From contig NC_043004.1 in NCBI RefSeq assembly GCF_006345805.1, positions 101,742,001 through 101,806,000 of the forward strand: a DNA stretch of 64,000 nucleotides, given 5' to 3'. Shown here piece by piece: positions 49,390 through 62,397 of this stretch. This DNA comes from Octopus sinensis (Eukaryota). How positions within the stretch are numbered: the stretch's first letter is position 1; every line of letters begins with the position of its first letter. The translations under genes were made by a program, and so were the position numbers. The notes beneath the pieces are model-generated. The model was not told where the DNA came from. It did not search any database and saw only the letters and a program-made list of their open reading frames with translations.

Positions 49390-50590
49390 TCGTTGGCGTG
49401 TCAAGACGTGTTTTTCCTTTGAGCTTCGTTTATTGTTTTTAACATGGTCATGCTCAAAATTGGTTTTCAGAGACCTCGGGTCGCCTTAGAAACAAGGTCA
49501 CCATTTAAACGAACTGAGGTCCCTTTGTGTAGACCATTCTCTGAGGCTTGTGCTCGTACCATATTTTACCTCTCTCCAGCCCCCACTATTCGCACAGTTT
49601 CCAATGGAGCACTTCCGCTATATGGTCATGTCGCCACACCTTGTCGTAGTTTTCGGCAAGTGCAGGGCATCCATTTATAATATGGATAATGGTTTCATTC
49701 GCTTTGTTGCAGATGCGGCACAGCAGCGGAAATATTTGCTCATTCTTCAGGTTAATCCCCCAGTTTGTGGTCAAAGCTTGGTCTTGTTCTGCCAATATAG
49801 TGCTCTCTCGGTCTCTTTTTATTATGGGGTTCCTTTCATCATCATCTATCCCACCTATTTTCCCAAGAAACTCCTGTTGTGTCTACATGGAATTGATTAT
49901 GTAGTCTCTTCTTGCGTTATTCTTCTACATGTCCTTTTTGTATTTCTTTTGTTTTCCCTTTTTTCTTTGCTATTAATACACCCTCGTTTCTAACAATCAC
50001 TAGTATCGTTTCCTTACTCTGGGCAAGTTATCGCATTAAGCTCTCGAGTTCGATACGCATGAAGTCTTCCACACTTATCTATCCCCTTCATCCATTTGCT
50101 CCCTTCATGTATAGGCGATCAGTATTGTGGATAATGGGCTTCATGCATTGGCGATCTGCATGTGGATGATGGGCTCTATGCATCGTTAGGAGCTTTCTTG
50201 ACTTCAAGTTCATCTCCTTTAGCTTCTCCTCTGTCCAATTCAGGATTCCGGCGCCATACCGAACTACCGCGACTGAGCTCTAGTTTATTACCGAAATTAT
50301 GTTTTTGGCATTCACCTTTGAAGCCAATAGTTTTCTCACTCGTCGCAGGTACTCTTTATGACTTTTACTTCAAGTCGTTGTGTTTGATTCCACCTACCTC
50401 AAATCTTCCCATAGATTAAATGAGGTTGAGTTGCCTTCATCATTTCACCAATTGGCAACCAAGTACCTTCTATCCTGGCAAGCTTTCTCGTCTCATCACC
50501 ATCGTGGCATGTTTTGAAAGTTTAAACTCCATATTAATAACGTTGGGGTAAATCCGCATTGACTGGACTAGGCTTTCCAGTTCTGTCCCA
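49390..50590 (-). mobile_element. R4/Dong-like LINE fragment
   Basis: AEQDQALTTN...CRICNKANETIIHIINGCPALAENYDKVWRHD; INMEFKLSK. Confidence 0.8.
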
Positions 50591-53403
50591 GTATTTTTGG
50601 GTGTTCGGGATATATATATATATATATATATATTCATATAAACTAATTTTTTATTACCTATAAACGGTTGCACATAGAAGCTCCTCGACAAATACAAAAC
50701 ATAAAGACAATACAAACGCAACGAACATAAACTCGGGGAACTAAAAGTTAGAAAAAGGAGATGAAATAAGTAGAAAAAATAAAAGAAACGAATGATAATA
50801 TGAAAGAATGAAAATGAGGTGCAATGCTCACTCGACCCCTGAAGTCGTATGGTTACATTACACAGTTTTTCTCTTTTTCATAAAAATGTGTACATATATA
50901 TATTTTTTGACAGTCTTTTTTTACATTAGAATATTATTTTTTTTTCCAGTTTTTCCTTTTTTCAAATTAAAAGTTCTTTTACTTTGGTATCTCCATTCTT
51001 TTCATCCCGTCGCATTCAACTACAGAAATTGGAATCTCATACAAGCAAAACCATTGTATCATTTTCATATGTCCAAAAATATCCATCGATGAATCTCTCA
51101 TACCTTTCGTCAGGTATCATAATACCTCCATCATCTGCATCAAAACTGTTCACTCTGACAGCTTCACTCTCATCAGTCCCTTCCATTTCGCAATTTTTCT
51201 TTCAGCATCCACACTCTACTCATACGCTACCAAGACACCCTTATATTTGCCTAGTTCTTTTATTGTCTTTTCCCCTGACTCTTGCATATTTTTGACTTCA
51301 AGTCTTTCCTTACCTTTCTTGCGTTCTGCCGAATGCTCTCTTCCCTTAGATTTCTTCCTTCTTTTGGAGCTGAAAAACCCGTCACTCTCCTCTTTTGTTT
51401 CTTTCACCTCACTCTTTTTCTTATCTTTAACTTCCTGGGTACAATCCTCCTCAATTTTATCTTCCATTGTTTGTAATCTCTCCTCCGTCTGCTCTTTCTC
51501 TTGCTCCTTCTCCGACACCTTCTCGCTATGCGAGAATTCAAATACGGAGCACTAAGTCTTCATATGACCCCTCACCCCGCGTATATAGCAGTTCGGTCTC
51601 CGTCCCTACACCACCACATTCAACGTTTTCTCCTCTTTAACCTCAGTCTGGTAGGGGATCCGCTCTATATCTTCAAATGTGATAAAAAGCCACATTTCAA
51701 CTCCGAATTATATATTTATATAAACAGCCAGATGCAACCATAAAGGAAAAATTCCGTTCCCACTTAGTGTGACTTAGGGTGCCAAAGAACCTACATTGTT
51801 AGAAATAAGAGTTAAAATACTCTTAATGCTGTAAGAAAAGCGCAAATATATACATATACTGACAGGGGAAGGAACTGACCCATGAACGCAAACAAAAGAG
51901 TTCAATACGCAAACAACGAGAGAAACAAATGGAAAACAGGACAAGTAACACAAAGAACCACCCTTCATCAGTTGTCGGCTGTCTATCAACTCCTCATTTC
52001 GAGTATTGAACGACAATATAAGTCTTCGAGGGTTAAAGTTGTGAACAAAACAGGACAGTGGAGACATACAAGGACACCGAACGAAAGCAAATATGGAGGG
52101 TCGTTTGACTAGAATGAGGGTAAAATAGCGAACGCTGGAGAAATATTTTCTTTGAAAAGAGAAAGATAGAATATGTCTGCTCCTTAGGACAGTGTTGAAA
52201 GAAAAGAAAGATGATCACGCGAGGAAAAGAAAGATGGACGATATTCACATGTGAGCAACGAGAAAGAGAATAAGCTAAGGAGGGGGGGAGAGAAAGAAAT
52301 ATATATATATACGTGGGATTGCCAATCTACTTTTAAGTCTTCCCATTAATATTCATGTAAAAGTAGGTTGCGTAACTTTGTCTATTTCTTCTCTTTTGCT
52401 CGTGTTTAACGTGGGGAATAACTGAGAATAAAATTAAGAAGATGAATGATAGTTTACGTATGTTCATCGTCTTCGTAATAGACAAGACTTTGACGGTGGA
52501 AACAGACCAAATATTGACGTATTTTGTGCAGACGACTGAAGAAGGTAGGGAAAGATGATAAAAATGACAAGAGATCTACTAACGCCTTCAGACTATAGAA
52601 GAGTTACTTCTGCTACAAACGTATCTTGATTTATTAAATGCAATATTAGCACTTGAAACAATTTGCTTTGAGATGGGTTCCCTATTTTACAAAAATTTTC
52701 AGTCAGCAACATTTTGCCGTTTGTAAGGGAAATACTTTTATTTTCCACTACAATTGTCAGATTTAAAGTAAGGTCGTAATAACATTGAAATTTATCTTTT
52801 ACAAGTTAGTTCTTAATCAGCTAGTTGATACAATCGTTAGTGTACCGGGACCAATATTTGGTGGTATTTCTTTCGATGTTTCTAATGTCAGCTACGTCAA
52901 CCGTGTCTTTCATCCTTTCGGGGACAATAAAATAAGAACTAGCTGGATATGGGTAAGATGCACTCGACTTCTCCTTTCTTCAAAAATGTTTCTCTGGTCC
53001 CAAAATAAGAAATACTTATTATTGCTACTATTAGAAGCTGAAATTTGCTGAATTATAATTCTAAGTTTGGTTTTCCAGTTTTCACATGTTTTCGAAACAA
53101 TAAGAAATTTTAAATTTAAACTTTTTTGCTGTCCATTTGATAGTTTACAATTGATCATGCTTGCCAGTATCATAGACTTGGATACTGAGTTTTGTAGAGT
53201 TTGTATTACTTAATTACTGGAAGTACCATCCAGAGTGATGAGTCGATAGTATCATCTAGAGTAATGAGTCGGATCACAGTCAATCTGGTCGATATCAATC
53301 TATTCTAGTCGATAATAAATAGAACAAGTTAAACAAAATAGGTAAAACAAAATTATTTCTAAAACTATTTCTGTTTACAGATTGAAGAGAAAAGTTTATT
53401 TAC

Positions 53404-53517
53404 TGAAAAATTTTATTGTGCAGAAAAATATATTAATTGAAAAATTTTATTACGCAGAAATCTTTATACAAAAATTTTATTACGCAGAAATTGAAAAATT
53501 TTATTATGCAGAAATAT
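53404..53517. repeat. Minisatellite, aaaattttattacgcagaaa x4
   Basis: Four degenerate copies. Confidence 0.85.
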
Positions 53518-55111
53518 TACATCCTGGATATATCCTTTGTAAGCAAGTAACACTGAATTTTAATTCATTGTGGAAAATGAAGTTTTAACTCGTTATGAAA
53601 AATGAAGCTTATAGAATTTTACGGATAATCTTATGAAATATCGAAAACTAAAATCGTATAAACAATTTGACTAATGGTATATGAAATTAACTTTAAAATG
53701 TTTATATAAGCGCGCGCACACATACACACATAAATATGTATGTATTCGTATAGATTTAATGTTTGTTAATATCTACGAAAATATTCATCGAAGATTTTCC
53801 TCAGCTATACATTAAGGATTGTTTTTCCTATTTGTAAGAATAGTTATTATATTAATATGGTCTGAGGTCTGACAAGTGTTAAATTAACCAATAAGAAATG
53901 AAAATGAAAATTATTCCGGTCGTCACACAGAATTTCGCAGCTGAATTCTAGAAAATACGAGGAAAAAAAAGGAAATTAAATTGAATAAAACGAATTTATT
54001 TTGAGAAGATCTTAAAATTTTAGTTTTAGAATTAAAATGAAGCTCTGACATTTTACCTTTCAGTTTTCTAAACTTTGAGTCACCGAAAAAATGGTGTACG
54101 GTACTACTACTACACCATGTTAGACAGACAGACATACAGGCAAACTAAACAGACGTACTCACACACGCACGCATGCACACGTGCAAACAAAACACACACG
54201 AACCTCCAACACCAAACACAACGGGTCACTCAACTAAGTAGCGAAGCATCCATCACTAACATACTTCAACAATTAGCTCATAGATAGATTGGTACTCTCT
54301 GTCTCTTCTATAGATTCTACAATAGTCACTATTCTTCCTAACTAGCTGGTTGCATATTCTCACAGACTCGTTGACTCGTCTCACCTAATTTCCTTCTTAA
54401 GTTATTCTCACGGTATTTAAACCACGGAGTATCCGAACTTCTTGCTATCTTGCCTCTCCAAAATTCACTCTACTAGAATCCTATTTTCTATGCACATTGG
54501 GTTAGATTACCAAGCTGAGCATAAGCAATATCGATTTCACCAGTCTATGAAGATATAAAATGCCATAAGCAATGTTAACTCTCTTCTGACTTTTTTGTTT
54601 AAAATGGTGTGTAATATTTTGTAACTGCTAATTTGTTACAATAACTTATAGTTAACTGAATGATAAAGTTGATAATAGCTAAAATAAATAATCCGACAAG
54701 AATTCGTGAGAATACAATGGTTCATAATTCCATTGCATGAATTAGTGCAGCAGAAATTATTTCGAACATACACAGCAGAAGTCATCAAGTAATTGAATCC
54801 ACTTCCTTAATTTCGCAACTTTAATTAACTATTCTCAAGGCACCTGTCATTATAGGTAACGTTTCAATTTCCACTTTTCATGTTCTGGGTATGGCTCTTT
54901 CTACAATATTTAAAAATTCTCTCCATTTCTTTTGATGATCCGCTATAGTATATTTGAATTAATACTTCGACTATGAAGTACTTCGTTTCTTCGTATCCTA
55001 CACAAAAATACCCGATCGAATAACCTAAATTTCCATATTTGTGAGTATCGTCATATCTCAAAGTTTGGTTGCCTTGTTATATTCTTTTGTAGATCCAGTT
55101 TACGATGTATT

Positions 55112-55617
55112 CTTTCGAGATCGACGAAATAAGGACCATTTAAGTACTATGGCCGATGTAACCGACTGACCCTCTCCCCCAAAATTCCAGATATTGTGCC
55201 TCTCACTAGAAAGGATTTTTGTATTATCATATAATCAGTTTCATCTGTGGAATATGAAAAGAGATTAAATGAAAACTAAATTTACGATTGTGTCCTGATT
55301 AGTTATATGGTAACGGAAGTAAATATGTATAAAAACTGAACGATAGTGACATGAAGCATTCACCTTTGGTCAATAGTTTGTCTGACCATTTTAAACGAGA
55401 ACCGTATACAAACTATTTTATTGTGTAAACTTAAAAACTTACCTCTTCGGTTGTAGTCGGCTGTATAGTTGACAGATCATCAGATTTAATTACTGGGAAT
55501 GGTCGATTCTTATATTTCACACGCTACGAAGACAGTATATATCGATAATTAAATTCTGGAACATCAGTCTGTTCGTGCAATTTTTTAAAACGTTATTTAT
55601 CAAACAAAATTTAGGAT
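55112..55617. repeat. Direct duplication copy A (about 500 bp; partner 59542-60203)
   Basis: Colinear similarity from tttcgagatcgacgaaataaggacc to caaacaaaatttaggat. Confidence 0.92.
55443..55523 (-). CDS. Duplicate of the 60109 exon, with a splice donor
   Basis: ttcgtag|RVKYKNRPFPVIKSDDLSTIQPTTTEE|gtaagt; 81 nt, phase 0-0; shares KNRPFPVIKSD with the other copy. Confidence 0.5.
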
Positions 55618-56169
55618 AACATAATTCTAAATTATGTATAAAAAGTATAAAAAGTACACCCATACTTCTTACACCAATAAAATTACATTATTTTGATAAT
55701 CTTAACCATCCATATTATTCCTAAAAAATTGGAAATTTTTCGTGCAATATACACCACAAAAAATGATATAATATATACATTCGATATAATCTGTACATTT
55801 TATATAATATATACATCTTATATAATATATACACTTTATATAATATATTTAATATATTATACACATCTTACATAATATTAAATAAAGAAATAAATATAAA
55901 TAGATATAAATTAATAATAATAATAATAATAACATATATAACCATAAATATTCTTAAATAACATAAGTTCCACAATCGTTATTAATCAATCATCAATAAA
56001 ATTAAACAACTTATTTATACTCAAATATATATAAATATAAATACCATTAAGTTATTATTTGTGATATTTAAATAATATTTATATATCATATACATACCAA
56101 AAAAATTAATTAATTAATATCCTTAGTTACAACTAAGTATAAGAAACAACAACCAGAGATCCCAATATT

Positions 56170-56430
56170 CAATTTATTAATTACAACACATTAATTTTTA
56201 AATTATCTATTTTATCGATGTATCCTCCAAAGTCCACCTATTTCTGTCAATAATCCAAAATTATATTAAATTTCTGTCATTTTCATTAATTAATACCTCT
56301 ATTATTACAACATCAATCGCTTTATTAATTCAAATTGGTTATTTCATTTTCGAAATTGGTATTGCTATTATTCAAGGTTATATCTTTTCTTTATTAGTTA
56401 TTCTATATTCTGATAATCATCACGTGATAA
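56170..56430 (+). pseudogene. atp6: NUMT atp6 fragment
   Basis: C-terminal FEIGIAIIQGYIFSLLVILYSDNH; internally deleted. Confidence 0.8.
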
Positions 56431-56451
56431 AATCTAACTTTTATACTTACT

Positions 56452-56519
56452 CACTTAAATATATATTTTACCACCTTAACACCTTCAACGTCATGCTCTA
56501 CTATTTAAGCTATTTAAGT
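56452..56519 (-). pseudogene. trnF: NUMT mitochondrial tRNA-Phe
   Basis: ACTTAAA/TTTAAGT acceptor stem and anticodon loop TTGAAGG, between atp6 and nad5. Confidence 0.8.
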
Positions 56520-58160
56520 AAATTATAAAGATAAAGATAATAATAACAACTATATTAACATTAAACGAAACAACTATTCATCATTCCATTTTATATATTA
56601 TCTTCTTAATCATTATAAACATTCCCTAACCCCCTAACATCTCTAACCAGCCTATAACTACTAACTTTAAATTTATATTAGTAATGTTCTTCATCATTAA
56701 TATAAACAGACATAAATCATATTTTCGTATTACACCGATATATTTATATTTAATTTTACTCATTTTTTTCATTTCATAATCTAAAAGATAATAATATAGA
56801 AAACATCAACAACAACACAACTAACATTCTATATAATAAAGGTAAAATAATTACTTCATTGAAACAAAGAACTACTCTCTGCAACATAAAACTCCCAAAC
56901 AAAGTACCAATACACAAAATTACTATCGGCATAACACATAAATCATCATCTTTTATATTCTCATAAACCACACTTTTTAAGTCCCCCCATACCACATAAA
57001 TAGATATACGTATAGAATATAGCATAGTTAAACACACTCCAAACATCCCAAATCTACCAATCAGTATATTCATATCCCTACTTAACAAAACTTCAATAAT
57101 TATATCTTTTGAATAAAATCCAGCCAAAAAAGGAAATCCACATAACACTATATTTGAAATTTTAAGAATAATTCTAGAAAAAGGTAAATTATATCTTACT
57201 CCTTTAACATCTCCAATATCTTGTATTCCACAATAACAACGAATAATATTCTAACCACACAAAAATAACAAAGCTTTAAATACAGCATGCGTATATAAAT
57301 GAAATAAAGCTAATACATGCATTTCTATTCCTAAACACATCATCATTATCCCCAACTGACTTAAAGTTGATAAAGCAATATTTTTTTTAAATATCATACT
57401 CATAAATAGCACAAATCACTGACATAAAAGTAATTATAATAGAAATAAATACTATGAGACAACAAAAATAAGTTACTTAAACTAAACAATTGTAAAACTG
57501 AACTAATAAAAACACTCCTGCTGTAACCAAAGTAGAAGAATGAACTAAAGTTGAAACGGGAGTAGGTGCTGCTATTGCAGCAGGTAATCAACTTTTAAAT
57601 AGAATCTGAGCTCTTTTAGTTATTCCAGCAATAACTACAAAATCTATGCAAATATCAAAAAACCAAAAATATCAAATACATAAATAATTTCAGCGTCCTA
57701 ACAGCTAAAATAAAACAATTTCCAACCCGATTTATTAACACCGTTAGTATACCTGCATTCAATGATTTATTATTCTGATAGTAAATATCTAAACAAAATG
57801 ATATTAATCCTAATCCATCTCATCCCCAAATCAAACTAACGAATCTATGAATAAAATTTTTTTTAAATTATGGACAAAACAAAAAACATTAACACTATCA
57901 TAAACCATTTCACATTAAAATCTCCCTCTATACATCTAATACTAAAAACACATACCGATCTAGAAATCAAGCAATCTAATCTTCTAAAACTACAACTTAT
58001 CCAGTCACATAGAATATCTAACTCAACAAGCAATCTTATAGCAATAAAAAATTTCCCATGAAATAACACAACAATTATTCAAAATCAAATATTTAAATAA
58101 AATAGCTAAAACAAAAAAGAAACCGACATTAACAAAATACTAAAAAATCTCTAATTTCAA
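56520..58160 (-). pseudogene. nad5: NUMT nad5
   Basis: nad5 motifs across several broken frames. Confidence 0.92.
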
Positions 58161-58164
58161 TTTA

Positions 58165-58235
58165 TTCGTAGTAAAATAAATAAACTTTTCCTCTAAGCTC
58201 ACAACCTAGCATTTTTCCATAAAGTAATTTAAAAA
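58165..58235 (-). pseudogene. trnH: NUMT mitochondrial tRNA-His (degraded)
   Basis: Anticodon arm ctagg-TTGTGAG-cttag between nad5 and nad4. Confidence 0.65.
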
Positions 58236-58240
58236 ATTTT

Positions 58241-58430
58241 TTAATGAATCCCTCTAATATAACTAATATCTAAAATAAATATCAATAAAGGAATAATATG
58301 TAACAATAATAATAAATTTTCCTTTCTTTTATTAACTCTGAGTACTTTTATAAAACTCATTGTCTGGCTATGATCAACTTTAACATAGAAAATTACATTA
58401 TATAACCCCGCCCCCACAAATAACATCACT

Positions 58431-58480
<50 letters not shown>

Positions 58481-59495
58481 CATAATATAACTACTAATTA
58501 AATCACTAAATTACAAATTCATATCAAAAATATTAATAATCTGATCATAGGATGATAATTAATTATACTTCCACACAAAAACAACCTTCGACTGTCAATT
58601 TTCACATAGATTAAATTACCTAGACAAAATAAACCCGATGAACACAACCCGTGACAAATTATTATTAAAATAGCTCCTTCCCAATCAACAAGAAATCCTC
58701 TAACCTTACCTGCTAATATCACCCATATATGACCAATAGAAGAATAAGCAATTAAACTCTTCATATCACTCTGATCGACACAAATAATAAAAGTCAAGAA
58801 ACCTCCTCATAAACAAATAACAGTCAACATAACTATATGATTTCTACCTAAAAGCTTAAATAAACCCATAAATCGCATAACCCCATAACCCCATAACCCC
58901 ATAACTTCAATAATACTAGCCAAATTTACTGACCCGAAACAGGAGCCTCTACATGAGTTTTAGGCAATCACAAATGAAAAGAATAAATAGGTAATTTTAC
59001 TAAAAAAGCCAATAACAAACCAAAAATCCCATATCAATTAACGTTACCCAAAAATAAACAATTAATAATACTCATTCTGTAAGATCCCTCTCGATAACCT
59101 AATAATAATAAACACAATAAAGTCAAAGAAATTCTAATTGTATATGATATTATATAATACAAGCTTGTAATCGTTCAGGCTGATAAACTCAACTTAATAT
59201 TAATAACAAAATAAGAATTAACGAAATTTCAAAAAACAAATAAAATATTATTAAATTCTCCACAAAAAATTATAATAACCACCACAAAACATAATACTAA
59301 AACAAAAGAAGAAAAAATCACCGACTTGTAACTTTACAATATTATTAAACCACTCGTCCAAAATCTTTAAAAAAATTAAAACCCTTGATATATTATCAAA
59401 TAAATATTAAAATAAAAGATAATGATAAATTCTCTAACCCCTCTAAAATCAATTTCAATTTCATAAACCTAAAAATTATTATAAATTATAAAGGC
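58241..59495 (-). pseudogene. nad4: NUMT nad4
   Basis: LPKTHVEAPVSGS, SLIAYSSIGH and HGLCSSGLF motifs; frameshifted. Confidence 0.92.
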
Positions 59496-59541
59496 AACTC
59501 CCATTTTAATTCAACATTTAAAAATAATAAGGTAATAATTA

Positions 59542-60203
59542 TTTCGGGATGGACGAAATAAGGACCATTTAAGCACTCTGGTCGATGTGACCGACTAAAT
59601 TTCTCCCCCAAAATTCTAGATGTTGTGCCTCTCACTAGAAAGGATTTTCGTATTATTATATAATCAGTTCCCTTTTCCGTCCGGGTTGCGGATCCGTGGA
59701 ATAAGCTGCCGGACGAGATAGTCAAGATACCGAACTTTTTACATGAACACCATCCTGTACATAACTCCATGTCCCCCTACATGGCCTTGCTTTTTGCTTT
59801 TTGAGCCAAATAATTAACTAACTAACTAACATCTCTGGAATAAGAAAAAACGTTAGATAAAAACTAAATTTACGATTGTGTCCTGATTAGTTGTATGGTA
59901 ACGGAAGTAAATATATAAAAAAAACTGAACGAAAGTGACATAATGCATTCACTTTTGATCAATAGATTGTCTGACTGCTTCAAATGAGAACCGTATACAA
60001 ATATCTTATTGTCTAAACTTAAATACGGTTGTGGAATTGACGGCGGTAGTATAGTTAACGGACCATCAGATTTAATTACTGGGAATGGTCGATTCTTAAA
60101 TTTAACACTCTATGAAGACAGTATATATCGATCATTAAATTCTGGAATATCAATCTGTTCGTGCAATTTTTTAAAACGTTATATATCAAACAAAATTTAG
60201 GAT
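59542..60203. repeat. Direct duplication copy B, carrying a later CR1-type 3'-end insertion (about 59670-59829)
   Basis: Aligns to copy A. The insert encodes FSVRVADPWNKLPDEIVK and ends in (ACTA)n. Confidence 0.9.
59870..60109 (-). CDS. Candidate terminal exon with hydrophobic C-terminal tail (paralog)
   Basis: ttcatag|SVKFKNRPFPVIKSDGPLTILPPSIPQPYLSLDNKIFVYGSHLKQSDNLLIKSECIMSLSFSFFYIFTSVTIQLIRTQS*; phase 0, 79 open codons. Confidence 0.45.
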   Translation of the reverse strand, partial: SVKFKNRPFPVIKSDGPLTILPPSIPQPYLSLDNKIFVYGSHLKQSDNLLIKSECIMSLSFSFFYIFTSVTIQLIRTQS

Positions 60204-60422
60204 TCCATATTTTGGTAAAGAATTTTATTTTAGTAAATATTTTACTGTGAATTAGAATAGATCAGGTCAACATAATTTGATGAGAAGAAATATACAAGGC
60301 TTAAAATAGAATCGAAAACAAAACCTATTCAACACCATGAAGAGAGAGGAAAACAGGTCTGTAAAATAAATGAAGTAAAGTGCAATTCACGAACTTTCTT
60401 TTTAGATTTATTTTGATTAATA

Positions 60423-60562
60423 TAAGGTTGTCCCAAAAGTTCGTAGAAAGTCTTGGAAAATAATGGTCTTTATTTTGAGGAATAATTTTTGTTGTTTTGT
60501 TAGTACTTGGCGAGTAAAAATTCAATTTTCGCAAGTGTTTACGAACTTTTGGGACAACCTAA
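60423..60562. mobile_element. Mariner-type MITE, 140 bp
   Basis: TIR aggttgtcccaaaagttcgta / tacgaacttttgggacaacct; TA flanks. Confidence 0.85.
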
Positions 60563-60729
60563 TATATAGTGAGATGTGCCAAACTTCACGTTAAACTGCT
60601 TGATCCAATTTACATTAACTATATTCATTTCTCATCATTTACAAATTAAACCCTTTCCATCGCAAGCATTATCCTGTCCCCTAAAAACATTCCACATAGA
60701 AACCCCTTCTGTATTTCCTTCTCAATATA

Positions 60730-61999
60730 TTGGGTTATCCCATAAATATTGTGTTTTTTTAAATTATTTGAACAAAAAGTGGGAGGGGGATAGGATAAAC
60801 TACCAGTATCAACATGCTATAAAAGCAGGTAGTAATTTCATCCTGTGCTTATTCTTAGTGCAAGTTCTAAAGATTTTAGCATTTATTTTTTCAAAGCTAT
60901 AATAAAAGTGACAAAGGAGCACATTCGGCATATATTGCTTTATGAGTTCAGTAAAGGCAACACCGCAACGGAAAGTGCGAGGATATGTTAATGCAGTGAA
61001 TGGGGATTGGACAATAAGCGTAAGCCAGTGTCAACGGTGGTTCCAGAAATTCCGAGCCAAAAACTACAGTCTAGAGGACAAGCCTCGGCCTGGAAGATCT
61101 GCAAAGCTCGCCGAGGACGTCCTGCAAACTCTGGAGGAACAAAATTTCATCGTAACTGTTAAGGAACTAGTAGAGAATATTGGATATTGGATTTGGTCAT
61201 TCAACTGTTCATCGACACCTGCGTGCCATCTGAAAATTGGGTAGATAAGTTTCTCACAAACTTTCCAGTCTAATCGCACGCAGAGAGTGAACGTGTGCTT
61301 TTCTTTGCTGTCATGTCACACGAATGAACCATTTTTGGACCGAATATTGATTAGTGACGAAAAATAGGTTCTCTATAGAAATATCAAGCGCCGAAGACAA
61401 TGGGTAGGGAAAGGAGAAACATAGGCACCCCAGGCTAAAGAAGGTCTTCGCCTACGTAAGGTGTTGTTATTTGTTTGGTTGGGTATGAAAGGTTTAGTCC
61501 ATTTTGAACTTTGAAACCCAAACCAAAAATTAACAAAGGAGATCTACTGCGAGCACCTTGAGCCGCTTAATTCATTACTAGAAGAAAAACGACCATCTTT
61601 GGCTTCAAGACGAAAGGTGTTCATTCATCAGGATAATGCTCGGCCACATACAGCGAGGCTGACATTCCAAAGGTTGGAGAGTTTGAATGGGAAACGATGC
61701 TTCATCCACCATATTCGCCGGTCATTGCTCCATCTAATTATCCTCTTTTCTGCAGTCTTCAAAATCATTTGGACGGAAAAAATATGAATTCTGTAGACGA
61801 GGTCAGAAGAGTACTGCAGGAGTATTTTTTGTCAAGGACAAGTGAATTTTTGAAGAGAGACCTTGCAAGTCAACATGATAGATGGAAAAGCATTGTAGAA
61901 AATGAAGGAGAGTATATTTTGAACTTTAAAGAATTGTGTTTATCTTCATTTTGATAACTAAAAGTATAAAATAAACGTATTATTTTTGGGATGACCCAA
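60730..61999 (+). mobile_element. Full-length mariner (different subfamily), defective
   Basis: TIRs ttgggttatcccataaata / tatttttgggatgacccaa with TA flanks; EHIRHILLYEF, HQDNARPH, HPPYSPVIAPSNY. Confidence 0.93.
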
Positions 62000-62282
62000 T
62001 ATTTTGATAAAGTCATCATAAATTAAATGTGTTTTTTTTTTAGAAAGGAAGATAAAAAAAATCCTGTTTGGAGAAAAAAAGCAGTAACTTAACTAAAATG
62101 TTAAATTCCAAACTGGAAAATAGGTTATCACTGCATGCAGCTATAGGAAGTGGCGCTTAAAATTGACTACCGTAAGCTTTCATTTATAAATGTTAAATTT
62201 CACGACAGCCCTAATAAATGTTCAGAATATCATTGTAATCAATAAGAGAAAATAAAAGAAGAAAAAGAAAAGTACAACTTAC

Positions 62283-62397
62283 ACTTGACCTATCAGAACA
62301 TATTTGTGTAAAATTGGTTTTAGGCTCCAAACCGTTGACTATTAATTCCATTTTTTTAATAGCATCCTCGTTATTTTTATAGTGCAGTGGGTCCATA
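62283..62397 (-). CDS. Internal exon of an upstream gene, probably the penultimate exon of a tandem MOXD-like paralog
   Basis: tttcag|T-MDPLHYKNNEDAIKKMELIVNGLEPKTNFTQICSDRSS|gtaagt. It starts in phase 2, matching the phase-2 end of exon 10 of the downstream gene, and carries a Cys where MOXD C-termini have one. Confidence 0.55.

Larger units (their letters stand above)
55618..59495. pseudogene. NUMT: AT-rich control-region-like segment, atp6 3' part (+), trnF, nad5, trnH, nad4 (all -)
   Basis: Recognisable mitochondrial peptides FEIGIAIIQGYIF (atp6), GFPFLAGFYSKD and [19 protein letters not shown] (nad5), DMKSLIAYSSIGH, HGLCSSGLF and YQPERLQA (nad4), in mollusc mtDNA order. Many frameshifts and an expanded (TA)n near 58440. 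The identity of 55618-56160 is less certain. Confidence 0.93.

Noticed and set aside
51216-51518. Lys/Glu-rich 100-aa ORF
   Set aside because: Purine-rich low-complexity sequence beside repeat fragments, with no domain evidence
53250-53305. Possible last exon after the 55443 donor (IDIDQIDCDPTHYSR*)
   Set aside because: Two alternative weak acceptors and no homology support
54864-55061. 65-aa ORF next to the duplication
   Set aside because: No recognisable motif or convincing splice sites
56774-58797. Functional nad5/nad4 genes or co-assembled mtDNA
   Set aside because: Frameshifts, deletions and microsatellite expansion indicate an old nuclear pseudogene
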